Shown: one piece after another, positions 31,819 through 45,754 of the stretch | Numbering within the stretch: position 1 is the stretch's first letter | Layout of the letters: every line of letters begins with the position of its first letter | Assembly: GCA_963777955.1 (NCBI GenBank) | Contig: CAVZSQ010000022.1 | Coordinates: 256,001 to 320,000, forward strand | Length of the DNA stretch: 64,000 nt | Direction: 5' to 3' | Origin: Calditrichia bacterium | GTDB lineage: Bacteria; Calditrichota; Calditrichia; JAJRVZ01 | Notes under the pieces: generated by a model | What the model was told of the DNA's origin: nothing | Database searches by the model: none | What the model saw: the letters and a program-made list of their open reading frames with translations, nothing else | Program-made: the position numbers and the translations under genes

Positions 31819-33145
31819 TCAGTTAACTAGCATTTTAAATTCCTGGTCATTACTAAGATTTTTAAAGTTATTATCTACTTTGGCTCTTTGTTTCAGGTTG
31901 GCATCAAGCGTTATCGCTTTGGCCAGGAATATTAATGCTTTTTCTTTGCCGGTTCTATAATAATAGAAGATAGCCAGGTTATAATACGCATCCGCAAATT
32001 TGGGATCAAGATTCAAGGCCAGGTTAAGATCATTCTCAGCCTGCTCATAATTCCCCAATCCGTTAAAAGCCCAACCTCTATGGATATATGCATATTTGTC
32101 ATCAGGGTTTAATTTTATTGCGGCATTCAGATCTGTGAGTGCTTCCTGATAGTTCCCCAGCCCATTATAGGCCCAGCCGCGCATCACGTAATGTAACTGT
32201 TGACCCGGATCAATTTTCAGGGCCTTGTCCATATCTTTTTTCGCCTGTTCAAAGTTGCCCAGGGCATTACAGGCCCAGCTGCGATGATACAATGCCCACT
32301 GGTCATTCGGATTTAACTTTAAGGCCTTATCCAGATCAGTGATCGCTTTCTGGTATTCACCCAGTCCGTTATAAGACCAGCCGCGTTCGAGATAGGCATA
32401 TTCGTTTTCCGGTTCAAATGTCAATACACGGTCCGATTCAACGATTGCTTCTTTAAATTGGCCTGCCCCATTATAGGCCCAGGCGAGGTGAATATGAGCA
32501 GCGATATTTTCCGGCTCTAATTCTATAACCTTCAGATAGGCCGGGATAGCTTCCTGGTAACTTCCTGTACTGACCAGAGCATACCCCTTATCGAACCATT
32601 GTCTGGCCGATAGGATGTCAACAGCCTTTTCATACTCCTGTTGTCTTTTTCCACTCACCTTTATCGTTTCGATTTCGTTTTTTAACCGCTCAATTTCTTG
32701 CAGCGACATTTCTGCTTTTTTACTGGTTTCTTCGAGCAACCTGCTGTTGGTCTGGTCGGCAAGAACTTTGGCAATTGCACTGCTCACTTCCGCCGGATCG
32801 GCAATTATTTGTGCTTTTATGTAATATGTCTGCCCATCCCACTTTTCAGCGATGATCGAAATTTTGATGATCCCCGCAGAAAAAGCAGTCAACTGATCGG
32901 AGGTTAGTTGAAAATTTTTTACCTCTGTTTCAATTCGGAGATAAGTCCCCAGTTCTTCTAAAACGAGTCTTTTAACCTGCTCCAGCGCGATAATCCGGCT
33001 GGAAATTTTACTGTCAAGATCACTTGCAGCATAAGTGTATTCTTTAATAAATGTTTTTTCCTGAGCGCAGGCAGTGTTTATTAACAAGGCCGAATGACAT
33101 GATGATTAAGAAAATAATAAGATTATTGGTCATCTCTCTTATCAT
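31819..33145 (-). CDS. Exported tetratricopeptide-repeat protein; signal peptide separated by a +1 insertion (~33095)
   Basis: About seven TPRs with consensus AY..RGWAYNGLGNYEQA..DL.KAL.L.P. A hydrophobic leader MIREMTNNLIIFLIIMS lies upstream in another frame, preceded by GGGAG. Confidence 0.8.
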
Positions 33146-33536
33146 TTGTGGCATCTCCCAGAGGACATATATTTTTATCTTCGATTTGTTTTAAACATCT
33201 GAATAAATATAAAAAGTTTGATATATATAAGTAAGTAATTAGTTTAAAATTTGGCAGATAGAAATTCTAAATAAATAATTATTATTGCCGGGCTTCTCCT
33301 AATTTAATGAAATCAGGTCCTTTTTATATCTAAAAAGGTGCCATTAAGACCATTTTATAGCATTATTTAAGGTCTAACTTCAATAAAAACAATTATATTT
33401 TTAGGTCCGACCCGATTAAGAAGTGATTTTGATCATCAAAATTCCCGGCAGAATAATTATATTTGTTGTTGAAGCAAAAGAAAATTATATTTAGAACCTG
33501 CAAAATATACAAATTCATAACCAATTTGGAGCGACG

Positions 33537-35234
33537 ATGAAGAAACTGTTCTTTTTCGTTTTATTGATATCCGTATCCTGTATTTATGCCAATCCACATT
33601 TTACCATCGGCAGCAATCCGTACTATACCGTTTTTGCCTATCCGCACGACTTGCTGAAATGGCCGAATAAAGACTTTTTCAGTTACATGTACCCGCAAAC
33701 ACTGCCCTGGCAGGGCCATGTGACCAATATTGCCGAACGCCCCAATGATACGTATATCAGCAATTATAATTATTTTGAATTTCCCACCCCTGATGATTAT
33801 ACCGGTGATCCGTATGCCATACGCTCCTTCATGCATGTATCTGCTTATGCTTATAATAAAAGATACAGTTTTGGCGGTATCTGGAATTTTGATAAATATG
33901 GTAAAGTATATCTGGAATTAGGCACCAACCGAGTTAATATGGAATTACGGGTCGACGGAATTGTAAGAAATAACACTACCCTGGAATTAATTCCGGTGAA
34001 TGCCAGTACCGATGCCATCAGAAGATATTATGATTTCCAGTTTATGTATGCCAATTACCTGTTTGGCAATCCCATCGGCTTAAAAGTACAGTATCAGGCA
34101 AAAAATACCGAACACCCGGATTCAAAGATCCAATTCATCAGGAATGGGCAGGTAATAAATTCAAATCACCTGACCTGGGGCTGGACCACCACCCCCTGTG
34201 CGCATATTTTCCAGACATCCAGCCAGAATTTTGACGCCTGGTTCCTGAATGATTATACCCTGTACGAGGGGGGGCAGCTGGATCTTCAACTGAGTTATGA
34301 ATACAAAAATCATAAATCCGGAATTCGCTACAGAAACAGGAGTGAACGGGGTCAGACTTACTACTGGCGCAGCAGCATAGCCGATTCTCTGCCTTTTGCA
34401 AATTTTTATGGCGACTATATTACCGACAGCAGGTATGAAGACGAGATAGCCGATGATCTGATCCGGGCCTATTCAAAGATCCGTTTCTGGAAATTCGGGG
34501 ATCTTGATATGGGTTTATTATTCTTCCTGCAATATGCTGATAATGAAAATAATACGGTGAGTACCAACCGTGATCTTGAAAGCGAGCCGCTCAGCACTGA
34601 TGCTTCAAATGAATTTACCCTTGAAGTAAATCCCTGGGCTAACTATAGATATGGTAAAAGTTATTTTGATTTTGGTCTGCTGTGCGAGTTTTCTTACACA
34701 TCCATGGCCAACACTTCTCCCAGATGGAATGATGTAATGGGAGCAAGTCAAAAAGATGTGATCAGAGATTCCTATCCCTGGGAGAGCGGTTTCAGTCCAT
34801 CCTGGGAAACCTATTCACAGGGTCATTACCTCTTTTTTGCATCCGGGTTTGAAGCCACGGCTTCCATTAATTTGCACGGCCGTTTTTCTGCGCTGGCCGG
34901 ACTTTTAGTTTTGCGCAAATACAGTTTTATTACCAAGGAGTATGGCAGTTCAGAAATTCCTGCCGGCGATTTCGAATATGTGTTCCGTAAATCGCATACC
35001 CGGCATGACAATAAAACTGAAACCTGGATGACCGGTTCAATCGGCTTTTCTTATGGCTGGGGCCCTGTTCAAACCATTGCTACCATGCAACTTCCTCTGG
35101 CCTGGCTGCTGGTAAAGAATACTGAACTTTCAAACAATAATGCCACACTGGTTGACCTGACCCAGAGGAATGTCTGGGCTGTGCAGGAACCGATAAGTTT
35201 CAGATTACTCTTTGTGGTCGGTCTGGAAAGATAA
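33537..35234 (+). CDS. Hypothetical exported protein, probably an outer-membrane beta-barrel
   Basis: Signal peptide MKKLFFFVLLISVSCIYA; aromatic-rich amphipathic strands; 565-aa ORF after GGAG. Confidence 0.7.
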   Translation: MKKLFFFVLLISVSCIYANPHFTIGSNPYYTVFAYPHDLLKWPNKDFFSYMYPQTLPWQGHVTNIAERPNDTYISNYNYFEFPTPDDYTGDPYAIRSFMHVSAYAYNKRYSFGGIWNFDKYGKVYLELGTNRVNMELRVDGIVRNNTTLELIPVNASTDAIRRYYDFQFMYANYLFGNPIGLKVQYQAKNTEHPDSKIQFIRNGQVINSNHLTWGWTTTPCAHIFQTSSQNFDAWFLNDYTLYEGGQLDLQLSYEYKNHKSGIRYRNRSERGQTYYWRSSIADSLPFANFYGDYITDSRYEDEIADDLIRAYSKIRFWKFGDLDMGLLFFLQYADNENNTVSTNRDLESEPLSTDASNEFTLEVNPWANYRYGKSYFDFGLLCEFSYTSMANTSPRWNDVMGASQKDVIRDSYPWESGFSPSWETYSQGHYLFFASGFEATASINLHGRFSALAGLLVLRKYSFITKEYGSSEIPAGDFEYVFRKSHTRHDNKTETWMTGSIGFSYGWGPVQTIATMQLPLAWLLVKNTELSNNNATLVDLTQRNVWAVQEPISFRLLFVVGLER

Positions 35235-35368
35235 AAAAATCGGCAATTCACTTTTTCGCAAAAGGATCCGTTCCATCCCATTTTCCACTATATGTATTTT
35301 TTCATGGATAAACCTCATGCGTGCAGTTTTCGAGTGCTGTTTATGATCAGATTATTAGTTTCTCCTGA

Positions 35369-36539
35369 TCAGTTCAACGAATGCTTTTCCCGAATTGCAT
35401 CAGCCAGGGCATCCAGTTCTTTAAAGGTCTCGCTTTGCGGGCGGCCTTTGCACAGCATGGTACCGAGAACTTCGAATTTCAGATTCGACAGCAAGCCGGA
35501 GATATGATCCACGGCTTTAGTGCCCCAGCCGTATGAACCGATGAATGCCGCATACTTCAACTTGGGACGCAAAGAGTTCACCAGATGGACGGCTGAAATA
35601 ATACCGGGGTGCGGGCCGGTATTAACGGTAGGCGTGCCGATCACTATCGTCGCCGCATCAACCAAAGCCATGGCCAGTTTGCCAATATCGGTGGTTGTCA
35701 ATTCGAATTTCTGAACCGTGATGCCTCTCTCCGCCAGTGCTGCGACCAGATAGTTCACCATCGTTTCCGTACTCCCGTGCATAGATATATACGGTATGAC
35801 AACATTGTTCGATACACGGTCAGAAACCCAGTCTTCGTAAGCAGATAAAATGATTTCAGGATGATCGAAAACCGGTCCGTGACTTGGTGCAATAAAGTCA
35901 AACTTCAATTCACGCAATTTTTTTAAATTTTTCTGGATCATTGTGCGAAAGGGCATCATAATTTCAGCATAGTAACGCTTGGCCGCTTCAATGATCTGAG
36001 GATTCTCTCCGGCATACAGCTCAGACATGGCCATGTGCGAACCCAGGAAATCGCAGCTAAACACAATGCGGTCTTCCGGCAGGTAAGTGACCATGGTCTC
36101 CGGCCAGTGGACCCAGGGAGTATAAATGAAACGAAGCGTTTTGTTGCCCAGCGAAAGAGTTTCACCATCCTCAACGGTCTTGATTCGCTCAACAGGAATT
36201 CCCAGGTGGTCAACCAGCATATCTTTCGCCTTTGCACTGCACAGAACCATGGACTGCTTGTACAACTCCAGGATCAGCGGAATGGAACCCGAGTGGTCCT
36301 GCTCGGTGTGTTGTGATATTATATAGTCAATTTTTTTCACGTCAGCCAACTGGACCTTTCAACGCATCGGCCATAGCCGGTTCTACTGTATCGATCAGGA
36401 CTGTCTTTTCCGATCCCTGCACCAGGTAAGCATTATAGCTGGTACCGTCCGGAAGCGGAATTAATGCATCAAATAACCGCCGGTTCCAGTCTACCACTCC
36501 CAGCCAATACACACCGTCACAGATTTTTCTTGGGTTCAT
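35369..36539 (-). CDS. fprA: Flavodiiron protein (FprA/A-type flavoprotein); split by a +1 insertion (~36354)
   Basis: [37 protein letters not shown], flavodoxin SMHGST and GSYGW. Confidence 0.92.
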
Positions 36540-36540
36540 T

Positions 36541-39500
36541 TTATATTTCCTTTGTACGACAATTTTTTACCGAATTTGCTGTTTGCAGTTTACCCATATA
36601 AACGAGTATCCTGTGCTTGACCAGACCATGATCCAACGGGATCAGGCCATCCTTCACGATCTGACCGTCAATCTCTATCCGGGAAACGCCACGTACGCAG
36701 TGCTCCGGATTATCGACCTGAATTTCGTAGATCGCTTCACCGTGGCGATAGATAATTTGGAAACCATCCCACCATCCCGGAATGACCGGGTCGAGCCGTA
36801 ACGAGTGTCCATGCACCTTCAGGCCCAGGATCTCTTCAATCCAGGCACGGTACATCCACGCTGCTGAACCCGTATACCATGACCAGCCACCATGACCGAC
36901 CCGTCCGGACACACTGCTCACATCGGCCGCAACCACATAAGGTTCAATACCATAACGCCAGACTGCTTCCGGATTACGGGCGTGTTCAATCGGGTTGAGC
37001 ATGTGCAGCATTTTCGCCGCCCGGTCACCATCTCCACTGCGGGCCAGAGCCATTGCCAGCCATAGTGCAGCGTGGGTGTATTGGCCTCCATTCTCCCGCA
37101 CCCCTGGCGGGTAACCCTTGATGTATCCCGGTGATGGCTCCATTTGGTCAAACGGAGGCTCGAAAAGCAGCACCAGTCCCTCATCCTCACGAACGAGATG
37201 ATTCCAGGCCGATTCAAGTGCCTGTTTGGCACGATTTGGATCGGCATCACCGCTTAGCCAGGCCCAGGATTGAGGCAGGGAATCGATCCTCGCTTCTGTA
37301 TTCGTCGTGGAACCAAGGGGTGTTCCATTGTCAAAGAAAGCCCGTATATACCATTCCCCATCCCATGAAAACTGTTCAATACACTGGATCAGCGCTTTTC
37401 GATTTTGCTGGTAGGTCTGGCTCAGCTCAGGTCGGCCCAGGCGATCTGACATCTCGATCATTCCCTTCAGCACATCCGCCATGAACCACGCTAACCAAAC
37501 ACTCTCACCCTTGCCCCCGGCCCCTACGTGATTCAGCCCATCGTTCCAGTCTCCGGTTCCCATCAGGGGCAATCCATGTGGTCCAAAGATTTGACTGCGT
37601 TTGATCGCACGCTGGCAGTGCTCGAAGAGCGGGGAGCGTTCTAATGAGATCTCCGGTGATTGAAAACTCTCCTGCTGATCGTCTTTCAGTACAGGGGAGT
37701 CGAGATAAGGGACCATCTCGTTCAGGATGTTCACATCATCGGTGGTCCTGATGTATTGAGCGACAACGTACGGTAGCCAGAGGTGATCATCGGAGATCCG
37801 CGAGCGGATTCCGGCGCCACCCGGCGGATGCCACCAGTGCTGGACATCACCTTCCCTGAATTGACGGCTGGCCGCCAGCAGGATGTGATCACGCGCCAGC
37901 CCGGGAAGTGTGTAAAGCAGTACCATCACGTCCTGCAGTTGATCACGGAAGCCAAAGGCACCACCGGACTGATAAAAGGCGGAACGACCCCATATTCGGC
38001 AGGCAAGGCTTTGATAGAGCAGCCAGCGGTTGATCAGGAAATCCGTGGCTAGTTCGGGGGTATGCACCTGGATTGTGCCTAGCCGATCATCCCACCATAC
38101 CTGGGTTTGCTCGAGCGCAATCTTCAGCGCCCGACTGTCGCGGTTGGCCAGCACCATATCATGTACCTGCTGCAACGATGAGGCCTGCCCGAGCATGCAG
38201 GTGATTTCACTATGTTCACCGGGAGCCAGTTTCAGGGTGATCTGTAACGCGGCGCAAGGGTCCAGGCCCGCTCCGGTCCGGCGTGATAACCTGGTTCGCT
38301 CCATTGCCACCGGATTCTCCAGCGAGCGGTTGCGCCCAATGAAGGTGGTGCGATCGCCTGTGTAAATCTGCGTAGGCACGCTCATAGCCGTAAAGGCTAC
38401 CCGATCTGCCAAATCCGGATGGTAGTAGTTGCGGGCAATCATAGCCTGGACTTCGTCATCCCAGTCGGTCACCACATGCATCTGAGAAAACTCACGAGAC
38501 TCGCCCAGGGTCCACTCCACATAATATGTAAGCGACAGTTTGCGTGATCTGGCGGAGTCGTTCCTGAGTGAAAGTCTTTGCAACTTGATTGGTTTGCCCC
38601 CCTGATCATCCATGGGAACGAAAACCGTCAATTCCTGCTCGATACCATGGCTATTATGCTCGAAGACCGTATACCCCGCCCCGTGCCTGGTCCGGTAAGC
38701 GGTCTCTTCGCGGATCGGTGCTGCGGTCGGTGTCCAGTAGACACCGGTTTCCTCGTCCCGGATATATAATGCTTCAGAAGGCGGATCCATTACAGGATCA
38801 TTCGACCATTGTGTCAGGCGATTGCGCTGGCTGTTGCCCTGCCAGGTGAAGCCGGCTCCAGTTTCACTGACGAGAGTGCCGAAGGTCGGGTTGGCGAGGA
38901 CATTGATCCAGGGTGCGGGTGTGTTTATACCCGGACCAAGATAGATTACATATTCGCGGCCATCCGGAGTAAAACCACCCAGGCTATTGAAGAAGGGCAG
39001 TTCCATAAAGCGGAGTGCTGCCGAAGGATCACGGGGATCGCGTTTCCAGGTTATGGGTACAGTCAAATCGGGAGATTCCAATTGCACACCCATTTGTTGG
39101 GGCAAAGCACCGCGGGCTGCCACCAACACCACGCTTGCCGCGGCCCGCAGGAGTGTCAGATCTTCCGTTGGAATAAGATCCGCACTGCGTAAATAAATAC
39201 CCCCGGGCTGCTCCACCCCGGTAGTAGCCGAATGGGATTGGATCATTTGTTCGAGTTGTTCACGCAGCGGTTGCGTATAACCACCGGTCTCTTCGTTCAG
39301 GATCACCAGGTCGGCCATCAGCCCGTGCATGCGCCAATAGGTATGCGCCTGGAGTATTTGACGGACCAGGTTCAGATCCGTCGTTTCGCCAATAGCGACC
39401 AGGACAATGGGCAAGTCACCCGAGATGGCATAAGCCCATAAGCCGGCCTGACCCTTACGGTTTTCAGCAATGCGTTTCGCGGTGGCACGCAAGAGTAGAT

Positions 39501-42500
39501 TAGGGTACAGCAGGTGACTTGCCAGTTGCTGGAAACGTCGTGCATCGTCGGGCTGGATGCGCAGCAGACGCAACTCTAGTTGCGCTGATGCCCAGGCAAA
39601 GTCCATCGCCTGATCGATAGCATGTGGATCGCTATATTTGCTCATCAGACTAAGCACCTGTTCCCGTGTTTCGCCGGCGGCTAAAACCAGAGAGACCCGC
39701 ACTCGCTGACCTGGATTCAGGTTCAGACTCTGGCGCAGGCTTAGAATCGGGTCCAGAACAAATCCCTGGCTATTGCCGGGTTCCTGAAAGACACCCATCG
39801 GCCTGGCGAGTGTCCGGCCACGACCGATAAAGCGGCGCCGGTCGGTCTCGAAGCGCAAGGCCTGACCTTCGGCCTGCTCCAGCGTAAAGCGGTGCGCAAC
39901 AGCGACAGGTGGATCATCGCTACTGCGCGGCCGACGGTTGGCCAGGAGTACTTTCTGCTCAGGCAGCGCCTCGGTCCGGATGAATAGTTTATTGAACGCC
40001 GGATGCTGACGATCCACATTGTGCGGCGCCAGCGAGAGTTCAACGTAACTCGTCAGATCGAGTTGGCGATTGTGCGGGGAACGATTGATCAGCGTTATTC
40101 GCCTGATCTCAACGTCATCTTCCGGTGCAACGATAATTTCGGTTTCACTCTCAATACCATGATCAACGCGCCGGAACACGGCACGGTCGAGCGTGAAGGT
40201 GACGTTATATTTCTCAGCCTTTCCGCACGTTGGTTGATAGGTATTGCACCATAACTGATCCGAATCGGTATCGTGTATGTAACAAAAGGTTCCCCATGAA
40301 TCCCGGGTCCGATCCGATCGCCAGCGTGTGATTTCAAAGTTACCCCAGCGACTGTAGCCGCCACCGGCGTTTGTCAGCATCAGGCCATAGCGACCATTAC
40401 ACAGCAGTTGGGTCTTGGGTGTGGCGGTATGCGGCGTTTCAGATTGGTTGACCGAAGGCGCGACCTCGCCAACACTCGCCACTGAAGATACCCGTACACG
40501 CGGGGAGATGTAGTGCAGTGACGGCAGGCTTGGGATACGTTCATGAAGCAATGGTTCAACGGTGCGTATACGCGGGTCATTATGGAAATGACGCTGCAGC
40601 GAATTATCATGAAGAAAATTGGTCAGGGCCAGGAAACTCATTCCCTGGTGATGGGCCATGTAGGTTTGCACGATCACCCCACGTTCACCCTCGCGGTTTG
40701 GTTGTTGGCTGTAATCCAGTGCTTCATAATAACCGTAATCACTCAGCATGCCCAGCTTGACCAACCGTTTCAAGTTATGCACGGTTGCCCGGGGCGCGAC
40801 ACTCACTGCCAGCAGGGTGGCATAAGGTGCGATTACAATCTTGTTCGCCAGGCCGCGTTTGAGCCCAAGTTCAGGCACACCAAAGGCTTGATATTGATAA
40901 TTTTTTTGAATATCCAAATCCCCAAAGGCGCACTCCGAAATTCCCCACGGCACCCGGTGCTTACGGCTGTAATCGATCTGTATCGCCACGGCTTCCCGGA
41001 CGGATTTATCCAACAGCGAACTCCCATAGGAGCGCTGGAAAAGCAGCGGCATGAGGTACTCGAACATCGTCCCGGTCCAACTGAGCAGCGCCCGGCGTCG
41101 GCCGATGGCGCCATACGGCCGGTTCATAGCAAACCAATGCTCGACCGGAATATCTCCGCGGGCGATGGCGATGAAACTTCCCAGGCGCGCTTCGCTCGCC
41201 AATAGATCGTAAAAGGCGCGGTCCAGGCGTCCTTCCGAGACATTATAACCGATCGAAAATAAACGGAATTCAGTGTTGTAAAGGAAGCGCATATTGATCG
41301 ATGTGGATAGTTCACGTCCCGATTGAATGAGTCGCTCTGTGGAAGCCAGCATCTCACCAGCCAGCCATTTCGATGTTTCGAAGGCCTCCAAAACTCGATC
41401 AATCCAGCCGCGCAGGGCGAACTCATCCACCGGGGCTTTCTCCTTGATTGACCGGAGGGAGGCGATACAGGGGATGTGTCCACCGGCAAGGGACAGAAGC
41501 GAGGGTGCGCGGCGCAGCGCCCGGCGAAAATACGGCAGGGCATCCGGATCCATTTTGGCGATATCTTCTTCGGTCTTTTCAGCCAGGATTGTAATCCAGG
41601 CTGAGATATCGATCTGCAATGCTCAGCAAAGCCGCGAGTTGGTTCTGTATCTGGCTGGCCCAATAGACTATGCTCCCCTGAACGGCAGCAGATCCATGGG
41701 TTTTTGTGAACAAACTTCTGACCCGATCCTCCGCCTGTCGCAGCAGGCCAGGAGTATCCGTGATAATATCCGGAGGGGATTTCCATATGCCCAGCAATTC
41801 ATCCAGGGATTGAACATCCAAAGCAGAGACCTGCTCTTCCCGGCTAACCTGTCGCAGAACTTCGCCGGTGTCGCGCAATCCCGCAAATCCTTTCACATCC
41901 AACAACGGAACCTGCATAAGCGTCTTAAGCCACTGGTCCAGAGCCCACAAGGCCCCCAGCAGATTACCGCTGTCCACGGTAGAAACGTATTGCGGTTTCA
42001 GAGGAGCCAGGGTTTGAATGTCGTACCAATTGAGCAGATGACCCTCATAGCGCTCCAGTTTATCAATCGTTTCCATCGTCTGTGTCAGTTTATATATGAC
42101 CTCATCCACGGTTAAATATCCGAAATTATGGGCGCTGATTACGCTGACCATATAGAGACCAATATTGGTCGGGCTGGTCCGCAGGGCCAGTTTCTTCTGA
42201 TGGCTGATCTGGTAGTTGTCGGGAGGAAGCCATGAGGTTTCTTTATTCACAAAATCTGAAAAATAACGCCAGGTTCGCCTGGCAATATTTCTCAGGAACT
42301 GCCGATCCTCTGCCGCAAGCAGAAATTGTGACTGCTTCAGCAATGGTCGCCGGTTAAGGAGCCAGCCGATCATCGGGGAAAGAAACCAGAGCATCAGCCA
42401 GGGACTGACCACCCAGATGTTTGTTGGTCTCCACCACTGCATCGCCCAGCCAATAATCACGCTGAACAGGCTCACCAGACCAATTGAAAACAGAAATACA

Positions 42501-45500
42501 GGCACTTTGGCCTGAGCACTGCTATACATCACCTGGGCCGAAGTCCACTCCAATAACCGTCGATGCGAAAAGTGTCGGCGATAGAAGACCCGTGCTATGG
42601 CATCCAGGGCCAGCCAGGCCTGGAACGGAAGCAGTGCTGCTTCAACCAGCAATCGCAGCAGATCATGTGCTGTTTTGGTAAGGGAGACGCTTTTGAGGCT
42701 CTGCCCGGTTGTAGCCCAGGTGAACGGCTGCACCAGGGAGTGAAAGAACAGTTGGGTGGTGACCACAATAGTAGCAACCCACCCGGCCTGAACGGAGATT
42801 AACCAGGAGATCATCAGTAAACTCAGATTGATTACGGGCAGCAGGCTGCGGCGCAGATTATCGATTACCTTCCAGCGATCGAACCAGGAGAGCGGATTTT
42901 TTCCTCGACGCCCGCCGCCGGGTTGGGGAACACGCGGTTTGATCCAATCCACAATCTGCCAATCGCCGCGAATCCAGCGGTGCTGCCGGTTGATGTAACT
43001 CAGGTAATCCTGCGGGAATTCATCATAGAGCTCGACATTGCTGGCCAGACCCACCCGGACGTGAGCACCTTCAATCAAATCATGGCTGAGGAGCAAGGCC
43101 TCAGGAAACCTGCCGGAAAGCAATTGGTTGAAAGTGTGCACATCATAGATGCCTTTGCCGTGATAGGAACCTTCTCCAGTCAGGTCCTGGTATACATCGG
43201 AAACTGCATTGGTATAGGGATCGATACCGACCGGGTACGAAAACAGCCGGCTGAAAGGTGAACCACTCATGCTCGGCAGGGATGGGCTGACGCGCGGTTG
43301 AATTATCGTGTAACCGGATTGGACCTGACCTGCGTCATCAAAGCGCGCCTGGTTCAGCGGATGCGCCAGGATCTCGATCATCCTGCGGGCGGTGTCATGC
43401 GGCAATTGCGTGTCGCTGTCCAGAGTAATGACGAATCTTACGTTGGATAATTGATCCTGGTCGCCGACGTAAACGAGGCGATCTGCCTCACGAGGCCGCG
43501 TGCCAGCAATCAGGCCATTGAGTTCTTCCAGTTTTCCGCGTTTGCGTTCCCAGCCTATGAATTTTTGCTCGGATACAGACCATTTTCGCTGCCGGTGGAA
43601 CAGGAAGAAACGTTCGCCGCCATGGCGTTGATTGAGGGTGTTAATACACTGCGTTATGGCCTCAAGCAGGGACTCGTCATCTGCACAATGGGCCTGCAGC
43701 GCATCTTTGTAATCAGAATAAAGAGCAAAGAGCAGATTGGCCTCTTTATTAGCCAGATAGCGGATCTCAATCTTTTCCGCTTCGGCTTTAATGGTCTCCA
43801 GATCTACTAGTATCATAGGCACGATGACCAGCGTCCGGCAGGAATCGGGAATCCCTGAAATCCTGAAATCCATCTTTGGCAGAATGCGCGGAGGAAACAG
43901 CCGTATCACCAGGTAATTCAGCACTTCAAGTGAGATCTGGCTCATAGGGATGAACAAGAGGGCAGCGATAAGAATCTGAATCCAGGGGGATTGTGTACGC
44001 AAACCGGACCAGATAGCCAGGAAAATGAAGGCAGCACAGAAAAAAGCAAGCCCGAGAAAGTACACTATCGAGTGATGACGATAAGACCATTGCAGGGTGT
44101 GGAAACGTAATGTCTCTTGGCAGTCAACGAGCCGGGCCAGATCCTTTCTTTTTTCGCCAATTAAATAAGTTCCGATATGAATCGACCGTTCATCTTGAGA
44201 TGAATCGCCAGCAGCCTGGGTTGCCATCTCTACGGTGCGTTGAGCAATCCCGTCTTCTGCCAGGCCGGACCCGCGGTGGAGCTGTTCTATCACCCGGCGA
44301 TACTGATCCCGCGTGGCGAAATCCATCCGGGGATAGATGCCGGCCGGATCCTGCCGCAGTATCTGCTCCACTCTGCTGAGCTTTTCGAAGCATTCTTTCC
44401 AATCAAGCAGGGCCAGCTGGCGCAGGCTGTTAAAGGCGTTCCCAATGGATATTTGATCCTTGGCCTGGCGGTTTTTTTCATGCAGACTGAGTTCGTTCAG
44501 GGATTTGTGGAATATACTCTCAAGCCAGCTCTGCACCGGGGCCAGGGCGTTCCTGTCGTCATAGAGGTAATCTATCAGCTGAGCTGCGAAATAGGGGCTC
44601 GGATTGGGCTGGGTTTCGGTCAGTTCCGCCATGATCGAGAAAAGCTGGCTGGGATATCGCCGGTTGACTGTAATGAGCCGGTTTGCCCAGAAATTCGCTA
44701 TCTCCCCTTCACGCAGTTCCGACAATGCTCGGGCAGCGAGATGATGGATACCCTCGATAAGCGCGGTACGCAGCATTTGGGGAACGGCCCAGAGTTCGCC
44801 GATCGAAAGTGGCTCCACCGATTGATAGGCCTCAATAAAAGCCAGAATATTCTCCTGATCAAGGCGCAGATCGGCATGAGCAGCAAGTTCACGCGCCAGA
44901 CCGTAGATGCGCGGTAGTCCCCGGTCTGTCTCACTGGCCAGTGCCGGCAGCTGCCGGTAAAAATGCCGGGGTACATTCAGCCGAACATCGTGAGCGTTAC
45001 TCTCCAGGATATATTCATTATCAAGGAGCCAATCGGTGGTAGGTGGTACATTCTGCTGCAGGCGACTTGCTTCGGAGAGGTCCAGGCATACCTCCTGGAT
45101 CCACCTGCGGCCCTGTTCGAGCCGCTTGAGCAGTTTTGTATCCCGGAGCGGTTTAGAATCTATCTGGTGCTCCCTGGCCAGATGCCGGGCATGGTCCTGA
45201 AACTGCACCAGATTGAATGATATCTCAGCAGGGTTCCAGTTCTCTCCAACCAGGCTCATGCGCCGGGGGTGCAGGACGAATACTGCAGGCGGGGTCTCGC
45301 CGCTTTCCAGCAAAAGGGTGAAGGGGAGGCGCAATGTTTCGATCGGCCCCTGGAGAATGATGACGGTCTCACCGGATACGAGCCAGCGTGTATGATTTAC
45401 AAGTAGATTTCGCTCGACGCCAAACCTCGATCGCCGTATCCAGGCCAGGCTGAACAGGATTCCGCTGAATCCACCCAGCAGAACGGGGATCAGGTTATAA

Positions 45501-45754
45501 GGAAATTGGCTGAGTATCGGATCCGATCTCTGCAGGCTCAGCCAGGATAGTGTGGCCAGTGCTCCGAACAGGATAAACGACAGGACTGCCCCCAGAACCA
45601 GGCGCCGGCGGAAGGGATCCCCTGTCCCGACTATTCCCTCCATGCTCTTGCTCACCCAGGCAATGCGGCGGTAACCCTTTCGCTTTAAGTTAGCGAAGGC
45701 TTCAAGGGCCTCATCATGTTTAGCGAAGTAGCCAATGAGGATGCCTGTTTTCAT
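36541..45754 (-). CDS. ndvB: Cyclic beta-1,2-glucan synthase (GT84 + glycoamylase-like cyclisation domain + GH94 phosphorylase); split by a +1 insertion (~41602)
   Basis: [102 protein letters not shown]. About 3070 aa when joined. Confidence 0.93.

Noticed and set aside
33310..33412. Repeated AGGTC motifs and a GGTCCGACC palindrome as a GntR-type operator
   Set aside because: Too short and irregular to support without comparative data.
36583..45395. Many 60-260 aa antisense and alternative-frame ORFs over the glucan synthase gene
   Set aside because: Expected shadow ORFs in GC-rich coding DNA; no recognisable motifs.
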